DNA from: a bacterium
GTDB lineage: Bacteria; Zixibacteria; MSB-5A5; GN15; FEB-12
DNA length: 43,465 nucleotides
Assembly (NCBI GenBank): GCA_043811375.1
Contig: JBDRNJ010000008.1
Coordinates: forward strand, 1 to 43,465
Direction: 5' to 3'
Shown here: in pieces, positions 36,711 to 43,465 of the stretch
Layout of the letters: each line of letters starts with the position of its first letter
Numbering within the stretch: position 1 is the first letter of the stretch
Translations under genes and position numbers: made by a program
The notes under the pieces: generated by a model
What the model was told of the DNA's origin: nothing
The model's database searches: none
The model's input: only the letters and a program-made list of their open reading frames with translations

Positions 36711-39542
36711 CTAAGAGGAATCCGCCAGGTTGTTGAGGATAGACTCGATCCACGCAACCTCATAGGTTATTTCCTTTGTTTGAGCAAAGGTCAATAGCTC
36801 ACGCAACATCACTGTCCCGTTTCTCCGTTCGGTGTCCGAGCGATCGGAACGCGTGAGGGATTCTCCAAGAAGGCGCTTGGCAACCAGAATCATCCGAGGA
36901 TCGCCCAGTTTCTCGGCATCTTCGACGATGGCACGTTGACGATGGATGTAAGTCGATGAGTATGCTCCGGAAGTCGACCTTGTGGCCAGATAGGCGTTAC
37001 ACCTGAGGAGCGTCTCCTTATCGCGGATATTTTCGGCTATCATGAGAGCCTTCTCAAAGTAGTCAAAGCTTTTTTCACGTTGGTTATTCAGGTAGTACAT
37101 CTCTCCAGTGTACGACAAGACCACTGCCTCATCTCGACGCAGATCCGATCGTCTGGCCATGTCAATTGCAGTCTGGTATCTCTGAGCGGCCGGCTCGATT
37201 TCCCCCTGGCAGAAATACGCGAGCCCCAGGTTTGTGTTTGCCAGGACAGCCAAGAACGGGTAACCGAGGTCATCTGCTGTTTCCAGCGCGGACGTCAGTT
37301 TGGCGATTGCCTCATCATACCGCCCGAGAACAATGAGAACAAAAGCAGCGTTGTTGATAGTAAGAGCACTCCGATCGCGTTCGCTGCACTTGATGTGAAT
37401 AGATTGTGCCTGTTCATATAGATCGAGGGCCTTTTGGTAATCGCCCCTTAAGACATGAACTGCAGCGATATTCTGCATGGTTGCGGCTTTCTTACTTAGG
37501 TTCCCGAGGATAGAGAATTTCTGCAAAGAGCGTTTCCAGTGAGAAAGCGCCTTTTCAAGATCGCCCAAGTAGAAATAAACCGCGCCGATGTTTCCAATGC
37601 AATTCGCTTCGACCGAGCCCTGATCCCGTTCCCGGGCTATCTCCAATGCTCTTTCGTACATCGCCAGGGCGTTTTCACAATCACCCTTGTAAAGATGCAC
37701 CGTACCAATTAGATTCAGCGCCTCCGCCTCTTTATCTCGATCAGCCAGTTGACGATTAATCTCGAGCACTCGATCAGCCAGTTTCAAAGCATCATCAAAC
37801 ATTGCACGCCGTTGACGGGTTTTGATCAGCACACTCAGTGACGCCGCTTCGCCGGCCAGATCGCCCAATTGCTTCGATACTTGAACGGCCTGCTCGGCAA
37901 AATGAGCCGCCTCATCCCACAGTGATTGTCCGCTGAAACATCGTGCTAACAGCCTGAGAATGTGAGCCTCATCGGCCTGCTGTTTCCGTTCCCGTGCCTC
38001 GACCATTGCCGACAGCAGTTCCTGAACTGCCTCCTCGTACCGGTCTTCGAACATCATGATTTCTGCTGACCCGGCACGTGCGGCCAGCAGAGACGGTTCC
38101 AGCTTCAATGCCTGCTCATACAACTTTGAAGCCACGCTCACATCGGAAGGTGAATGCCTGTGTTCGTATGTGTACTTACCGCGCAGGTAATACTCGTAAG
38201 CCTTCGGACTCTGCGCTTCCGGCTCACCCACCTGGGCGGCCCTGGCAACCGATGAATCGACCTTCAGAACAGTGCTCACACCCTCCGCCAGCGCTGTCTT
38301 GACCAGATGCAGGCGGTCAAGACTATCCTCCCAACGATCCGCCCACAGATGTTTGCCCGAAGCAACATCAATTAGCTGCGCCGATATCCGCACCTTGCCT
38401 GCGGTCTTGTGAATGGAACCATCCAGTGCCATTGAGACGTCAAGGGCTCCGGCAATATCAACCAACTCCCAATCGGAGTCCTTGAATTTGAGCACCGAGC
38501 GCATTGGGGCCACCCTGATGCTGCCAATACGTGTGAGATCGACGATAAGGTCCTCGGTAATGCCGTGGCTCAAATACTCATCCTCGGCAGATCCTAAGTT
38601 TCGCAGGTAAAGCACAGCCAGACTTTTTACAGCCTGTGGTGCCGCCGGTTCTCGCCCGGTCGGAATCCGCGTTAGAAATTCTCCATCCTCCAATCGGGAA
38701 ATGTCGGCTGCAACCTGACCAATGCTCTGGTACCGATCGGCCGGGGTTTTGGCGAGCATCTTGTCGAGTATCTGCTGCCAGCGGTCAGTGTCGAAATCAA
38801 AATGTCCGGCTATCTTTTCCGGCTGTTCATGGACAACAGCGTGAATTGTGGCTGGGATATTCGTCCGCTTGAAGGGTGAACGTCCCGTTAACATCTCATA
38901 GAACACGATTCCCAATGAGAATATGTCGCTGCCGTGATCAACCTTCAGTCCCTGGCCCTGTTCCGGCGACATATAGCCGGCAGTGCCCATAATGGTACCC
39001 GGCGAAGTACTTTGAGAGTCACCACCTCCTTTGGCCAATCCGAAGTCGAGGATTCGGCAACAGCCTTTTTTGTCAACAATGATGTTGGACGGCTTTATGT
39101 CACGGTGAACGATACCGCCCTCGTGGGCTTCCCTCAATCCCGCACAGAGCTGTGACATGATCTCCAGCGATTTGGCAGGGTTCAGTCGGTTACGTCGGAT
39201 CAGTTCGTTTAAGGATTCACCCTCCACATGCTCCATTACAATATAGGGGCGGTCCTCGTATTCAGCCACTTCATGAATGGTTACGATGTTGCGGTGTTTC
39301 AGGGCTGCGGCGGCCTGAGCCTCACGGATAAAGCGGGCTTTCAGTTCCTTGTCGGCCGCAAAGCGGTGCTGGAGGAACTTAATGGCTATCTGACGCTTCA
39401 GCCTGGTGTCTTCGGCCAGATACACCTCACCCATGCCACCGGCACCGATTCTTTCGATGACTTTGTAGTGCGATACTTCGGTGCCGACGGCCAGGATCAT
39501 CAGTGATCGTGTCCGATCATTGTCTAATTCATCCGCCGTCAT
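36711..39542 (-). CDS. Hanks-type Ser/Thr protein kinase with TolB-like middle domain and TPR array
   Basis: GAGGMGEVY, AIK, HRDIKPSN, DFGLAK, YMSPEQ; 'KSLAVLYLRNL..EDEYLS.GITEDLI'; many TPR helices. Confidence 0.93.
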   Translation of the reverse strand: MTADELDNDRTRSLMILAVGTEVSHYKVIERIGAGGMGEVYLAEDTRLKRQIAIKFLQHRFAADKELKARFIREAQAAAALKHRNIVTIHEVAEYEDRPYIVMEHVEGESLNELIRRNRLNPAKSLEIMSQLCAGLREAHEGGIVHRDIKPSNIIVDKKGCCRILDFGLAKGGGDSQSTSPGTIMGTAGYMSPEQGQGLKVDHGSDIFSLGIVFYEMLTGRSPFKRTNIPATIHAVVHEQPEKIAGHFDFDTDRWQQILDKMLAKTPADRYQSIGQVAADISRLEDGEFLTRIPTGREPAAPQAVKSLAVLYLRNLGSAEDEYLSHGITEDLIVDLTRIGSIRVAPMRSVLKFKDSDWELVDIAGALDVSMALDGSIHKTAGKVRISAQLIDVASGKHLWADRWEDSLDRLHLVKTALAEGVSTVLKVDSSVARAAQVGEPEAQSPKAYEYYLRGKYTYEHRHSPSDVSVASKLYEQALKLEPSLLAARAGSAEIMMFEDRYEEAVQELLSAMVEARERKQQADEAHILRLLARCFSGQSLWDEAAHFAEQAVQVSKQLGDLAGEAASLSVLIKTRQRRAMFDDALKLADRVLEINRQLADRDKEAEALNLIGTVHLYKGDCENALAMYERALEIARERDQGSVEANCIGNIGAVYFYLGDLEKALSHWKRSLQKFSILGNLSKKAATMQNIAAVHVLRGDYQKALDLYEQAQSIHIKCSERDRSALTINNAAFVLIVLGRYDEAIAKLTSALETADDLGYPFLAVLANTNLGLAYFCQGEIEPAAQRYQTAIDMARRSDLRRDEAVVLSYTGEMYYLNNQREKSFDYFEKALMIAENIRDKETLLRCNAYLATRSTSGAYSSTYIHRQRAIVEDAEKLGDPRMILVAKRLLGESLTRSDRSDTERRNGTVMLRELLTFAQTKEITYEVAWIESILNNLADSS

Positions 39543-39646
39543 TGGCAGAACTCCTCATTTCGGCGACACTGTGGTCAGGTAGTCGACTGGGTTACTGTAA
39601 GATAGTAATCCGGGTTGATAATTCAAAGCAATCTTACATGCGGCAG

Positions 39647-39882
39647 GGGTGGCGCACCTCTTGGGGCTTGTTGAAAAAGTCCCATTCTCGTCATTGTGAG
39701 CGACAGCGTGGCAATCTCGGATATTGAATGTTAACGAGATAGCCACGGCAATAAAGGGGACTTGTCCCCTCGCTATGACGTTTGTTAGGTTTATCAACAC
39801 TCCCCTTGAAGTGCGTTTACAGTTCCTACTATAACCTGAGAGTAAAATGGAACAGAAACTCACCGCGAGCGGTGAGCCACCC
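39647..39882. repeat. REP doublet (GGGTGG family), copy 2, interrupted by a MITE
   Basis: Aligns with 12318-12407 once 39664-39808 is removed. Confidence 0.75.
39664..39804. mobile_element. 141-bp MITE with IS5/IS1182-type ends
   Basis: GGGCTTGTTGAAAAA / TTTATCAACACTCCC ends flanked by CTTG direct repeats (39660-63, 39805-08); internal GTCATTG...GCAATCTC / GAGATAGC...CGCTATGAC palindrome pair. Confidence 0.8.
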
Positions 39883-39933
39883 GGCCGAGTAAATCGGGTT
39901 GACCCGCTCTTCCTCGCCCACTATCTTTAACCG

Positions 39934-41370
39934 ATGCATAGAAAACTGAATGAATGCGCGCTGGCCACCTACTGTATCCCTTTACAGATTGACCTGAGCG
40001 CGGAGTTCACCGGGCTCGGCGCCAAGATAAGGACCGAGTCGAAGTCCGAGCTGGGTGAGCATTTACGGGAGTTTACGCAGTACATTGACGGGGAGCAACC
40101 TGACAATTGGCTCATTGTCGATATAGAATCACCAGTGGAGCCATTCGATTCAGCATTTGAAGCAGCCAGATACGCACGCCCCCGTCTCATGATCCTTCTC
40201 AGTGCTATCAGCTATTTAGCAGATTATCCTTTCCTCCCAGCCCAGAGCGTATCCGGTCGGGTTAGCCTGATTGAGACACCGGTGCTTATCGGCGCGGAAC
40301 CTGAGGTGATCACCTTTCGGGTTGGTGGAACGGATTTTAGACGAGACCTGAGGACTCTGTTGCTGGCATTAGCTGATCCAGATGAAAGTACACGGTCCTT
40401 TCTGGCATCAGCTCTTGATCGATTTCGGCGTGGGCTGTATTTACACTCAGAAAGCGCGGAAGAACCGCTGTTTGATGACGAAGCATTCCTCGCCTATTTC
40501 CATACTCTCGAACTCTTATCGCATCAGTGCAGTAAGAGTCAGACAAAAGAACTTGAGACGGAATTGTCAGTTTTCTTGAAACCGCTGCTTCGCGATACAC
40601 TCAAGGCATCCGACCAATCACTGGAGGAAAGGTCCATTGACATAAAGAAACAGATCATCTCGCTGCTAGTACAGGAGGGGAATCTTCCAACATCCTCTTC
40701 GATCAAGTACTTCTTAGATCAGAGGGGACTTCTTGCACCAGGCGTTGCCGACTTGGTGGATAGGCTCGTCACGATCAGAAACTCCGTCGCTCATGGGAAA
40801 CAAGTTTATCGAGATGATCTCATATGGCCTGTCCCTCAGTTCTTTCCTCTACACCCAGATACGGGATTCTACTTGGAGAGCATAAAGCTCCTAGCCGCAC
40901 AGGGAATTGCCGCGCTTGTTGATGTAAGATGCTGGCAGTCGCCGTGGAACCAACTAATCCGCGACCTGCCACCTTCTGTGCACACTGTCAGAGCATTCGT
41001 GCGTAGTCAACAATACTCGAAGATCAGTCACCGTGACTTTGTCTCGGGTACCTTAGATGGTGTGACGCCATCTGCGATAGTAGAATTGTATGTCTCTAAA
41101 AAGCTGCAACTCAAGCAACTTGTAGAAATCTTGAGTCCGATCCTCACTTCAAACGAGTTGGAAGCGGATTGGAAAGAGGAACTGACCGTGGCAGCAGCGA
41201 TACTGTCGGACGCTGAGGATCAGTCACTTGCTGATCGCTGTCGGCAACTTGTAAGGGAATGGGAAGACCCCCGAGACCTCAGAGTAATCTATCGCGATCT
41301 TCAGTATTCGGGCGTAACCTTGCACTGGCTACGTGACTTTCTGCGTTCCGAAAGCACGAACCAACTCTGA
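39934..41370 (+). CDS. Hypothetical protein with ApeA-like HEPN (R-x4-H) motif
   Basis: 478-aa ORF; 'AFLAYFHTLELL' helix followed by RNSVAHG. Confidence 0.65.
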   Translation: MHRKLNECALATYCIPLQIDLSAEFTGLGAKIRTESKSELGEHLREFTQYIDGEQPDNWLIVDIESPVEPFDSAFEAARYARPRLMILLSAISYLADYPFLPAQSVSGRVSLIETPVLIGAEPEVITFRVGGTDFRRDLRTLLLALADPDESTRSFLASALDRFRRGLYLHSESAEEPLFDDEAFLAYFHTLELLSHQCSKSQTKELETELSVFLKPLLRDTLKASDQSLEERSIDIKKQIISLLVQEGNLPTSSSIKYFLDQRGLLAPGVADLVDRLVTIRNSVAHGKQVYRDDLIWPVPQFFPLHPDTGFYLESIKLLAAQGIAALVDVRCWQSPWNQLIRDLPPSVHTVRAFVRSQQYSKISHRDFVSGTLDGVTPSAIVELYVSKKLQLKQLVEILSPILTSNELEADWKEELTVAAAILSDAEDQSLADRCRQLVREWEDPRDLRVIYRDLQYSGVTLHWLRDFLRSESTNQL

Positions 41371-41406
41371 GATCGGCACGGAGCTCAGTGCGATGCACAC
41401 CGAGTC

Positions 41407-42129
41407 CTATTGGTGCTGTAAAGGACCAGCTTTGCTCTTCCGACGTCCAACGCACCCATACAGAAAGAACTTACCGGTGGCTCGGACATAACCGTCCCAG
41501 CTACGTTCCACGAGTTTCCGTTCAAGCTCCGAGGGTTCATGGAACACTTTCACGATTTCGTATTCCCGCCCGTCATTCAACTTGCGTCGAGCGCGACCAC
41601 TTTGATCTATGGAGGCATGGTCCCGCGCAGTAGACTCCGGTGTGAAAAGACTGTCAACAAAGAACACCTTTCCTTCAGGAGTCAGCGCATCGGCAACGTT
41701 ATTCCAAAACTCATCGAATCGCAACAGCGGAACGTGGGATAGCCAGAACCCAAAGAACAGATAGTCGAAGCGCTCGGCAGGTTGCCACGAGAACAAGTCG
41801 GCTTCTATATATGTGACCCGGTCATCGGCCACCCGTTGTCTGTTTATTTCGATCGCCTCTCTCGATGCATCGACGGCGACCAGTTTCCCGGCGTGCGACG
41901 CCAGGTGTTTCGTCCATAGACCGGTACCGCAAGCGAGTTCCAGAATGTTTCCTCCGGGTTTCGATGATTCGAGGGCTTTGTGAACCCCGGCCACCTCGGA
42001 AAACCATTGCTTTCGGTGCTCGTCTCCCCAGTCATACCGGCCCATCCGGAGAAACCACTCATCATACTCAGAGCTTCGTGCCCGGTAGTATTCGATTTGT
42101 TGCTGTATCAGCGATTCTTCATCTGTCAT
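41407..42129 (-). CDS. Class I SAM-dependent methyltransferase
   Basis: ILELACGTG motif I, VAVDAS, ADLF, GFWLSHVP. Confidence 0.9.
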   Translation of the reverse strand: MTDEESLIQQQIEYYRARSSEYDEWFLRMGRYDWGDEHRKQWFSEVAGVHKALESSKPGGNILELACGTGLWTKHLASHAGKLVAVDASREAIEINRQRVADDRVTYIEADLFSWQPAERFDYLFFGFWLSHVPLLRFDEFWNNVADALTPEGKVFFVDSLFTPESTARDHASIDQSGRARRKLNDGREYEIVKVFHEPSELERKLVERSWDGYVRATGKFFLYGCVGRRKSKAGPLQHQ

Positions 42130-42481
42130 AGGCTACTCTTATGAGTTGTAAATATCCGCATATTCGCGATGTGGTGCAAGGGTTTACATCGTATTGTGGC
42201 CGAATCGTGACGGTTTTTCTTGATTTCAGTGAGAGGTAACCGAAAAATAAATCGCGTTTTGCAGAAATAATCGTAGGTTTTTGTCGAAGGAACCGATATA
42301 ATAAATAGTTAATATTGATTTGAGTTCGATTTTTATCGTAGTTTTGTCCTAATCTACAACACTCCGCTAAAGCTTAATCTTGAATTGATCGCGTAATTAT
42401 GCGCAACACGTCATTTATCTTGAAGTATCTGGCTTCATAGGAAGGCAGTTCACTTCGGGATAAGCAACTACGGAGTGTAGA

Positions 42482-42772
42482 ATGAATATCTACATCGGAA
42501 ACATGTCGTTTGACACGACAGAAGACCAGTTACGCCAGGCCTTCGAGGGCTATGGTGAAGTCTCAACCGTCAAGATCATTACTGACAGAGACAGTGGCCA
42601 ACCGAAAGGGTTCGGGTTTGTCGAGATGTCGGCACAGGACGAGGCTACTGAAGCCATTGGTGGCCTTAATGGCCAGGATCTGAATGGACGCGCGTTGAAT
42701 GTCAACGAAGCGAAACCACGCGCCGATAGCGGCAACCGCAGCGGCGGCAATGGCTACCGCAAGTCGTACTAA
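42482..42772 (+). CDS. RRM RNA-binding protein (Rbp family) with Gly-rich tail
   Basis: RNP2 IYIGNM and RNP1 KGFGFVEM; GGAG RBS. Confidence 0.95.
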   Translation: MNIYIGNMSFDTTEDQLRQAFEGYGEVSTVKIITDRDSGQPKGFGFVEMSAQDEATEAIGGLNGQDLNGRALNVNEAKPRADSGNRSGGNGYRKSY

Positions 42773-42821
42773 CGGCGACGCAATGAGACCTGTGACAACT
42801 CTTTCACGGGCTTGATTATTG

Positions 42822-42856
42822 AAGGAGACTGGCCTCCGGCTGGTCTCCTTTTTTTT
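42822..42856 (+). terminator. Intrinsic terminator after the RRM gene
   Basis: AAGGAGACTGGC...GCTGGTCTCCTT stem followed by a T run. Confidence 0.75.
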
Positions 42857-43051
42857 ATTTTCTCATTTATTGATATGGTTGTCAGCGTGCGAAGCGTCGA
42901 AGCCATACTCGCGTTGTGGCACAAGGACTTACACCGTGTTGTGATCGAAATTGTGGTCGGTCCCCCCAGCTACTCCGGTTTCGTTTGTTACGTCTTCTCC
43001 CACTGACATCGCTGGGAGGTTCTGGAAAGTCAAGGCGTCGATTGATGAATC

Positions 43052-43324
43052 TCACCCGCGCTTTCTCGCTACGAGTGTGAAGAGTTCTTTGGAATGACGA
43101 CGATGGCTCTTTTCTATATCAAAGCCACCTCCGTTCAGAAGCCCGGTAAGCTCCTCTTTAGGGTACAAATAACGCACGATTCCCTGGCGTTGTTCTGTTG
43201 GTTCGGCATAACCGTCGCAGAGTTCGATAATGTTTCCCGTAAACTCATGGAACCTTGGTCTCATATGAAGGTGTCGAGTTCGCGGGTTGTAGGTTGACCG
43301 TATCTGCAGAATCCCACCATCTAG
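43052..43324 (-). pseudogene. 3' fragment of a gene (probably a methyltransferase) interrupted by the IS
   Basis: Frame stays open up to the CTAG target (LDGGILQIRSTYNPRTRHLH...RYLYPKEELTGLLNGGGF...LVARKRG); the tail resembles class I methyltransferase C-termini. Confidence 0.55.
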
Positions 43325-43465
43325 CAGGCTGTTGAAAAACTCCTCATTTTAGCTGAATTTTATATATCATTGGGGTATTGTTGGGGATCAAAACGATACT
43401 CCATATGAGAGGGTCCAGCAATGCGCGGCACCGATGATGATCAGCAGGCGATGTTCAGTTATGTA
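43325..43465 (+). mobile_element. IS5/IS1182-like insertion sequence, left end (truncated)
   Basis: CTAG target followed by the CAGGCTGTTGAAAAA end and a transposase start. Confidence 0.8.
43421..43465 (+). CDS. IS5-family transposase N-terminus (partial)
   Basis: MRGTDDDQQAMFSYV, matching the typical 'MRG.D.QQ.MFSYV' start; GAGAGG RBS. Confidence 0.75.
   Translation, partial: MRGTDDDQQAMFSYV

Overview
A 43.5-kb, moderately GC-rich bacterial segment, probably from candidate phylum Zixibacteria (FCB-related). That assignment is inferred from the Cys-flanked dockerin-like C-termini, PorV-like and T9SS-CTD proteins, and a kinase-TolB-TPR protein. Both ends are cut by insertion sequences (IS3-like at left, IS5/IS1182-like at right). 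Left to right: (1) the end of a tRNA-His-integrated element (DUF5659-like gene, PriCT/wHTH gene, hypothetical, tyrosine integrase); (2) a DAACS symporter and an outer-membrane barrel; (3) dnaX (split at an A11 run)-ybaB-recR; (4) membrane/TPR and metallopeptidase-like genes; (5) a TonB-dependent receptor / T9SS-CTD protein / PorV-like operon, divergent from an orphan substrate-binding protein + histidine kinase + receiver phosphorelay operon; (6) two tandem C10 peptidases with PKD, cohesin-like and dockerin domains; (7) eno, an OCD/mu-crystallin enzyme and MscS; (8) a small repeat lipopeptide facing a Ser/Thr kinase-TPR gene; (9) a HEPN-like gene, a methyltransferase and an RRM protein. Non-coding highlights: recurring sigma28(FliA)-type promoters in front of non-flagellar genes, a tRNA-His lacking G-1 with U72/A73, two IS5-end MITEs with 4-bp target duplications (one nested in a REP doublet whose empty allele is also in the window), several REP families, and an sRNA candidate. 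All protein calls are by motif recognition only; no searches were run.
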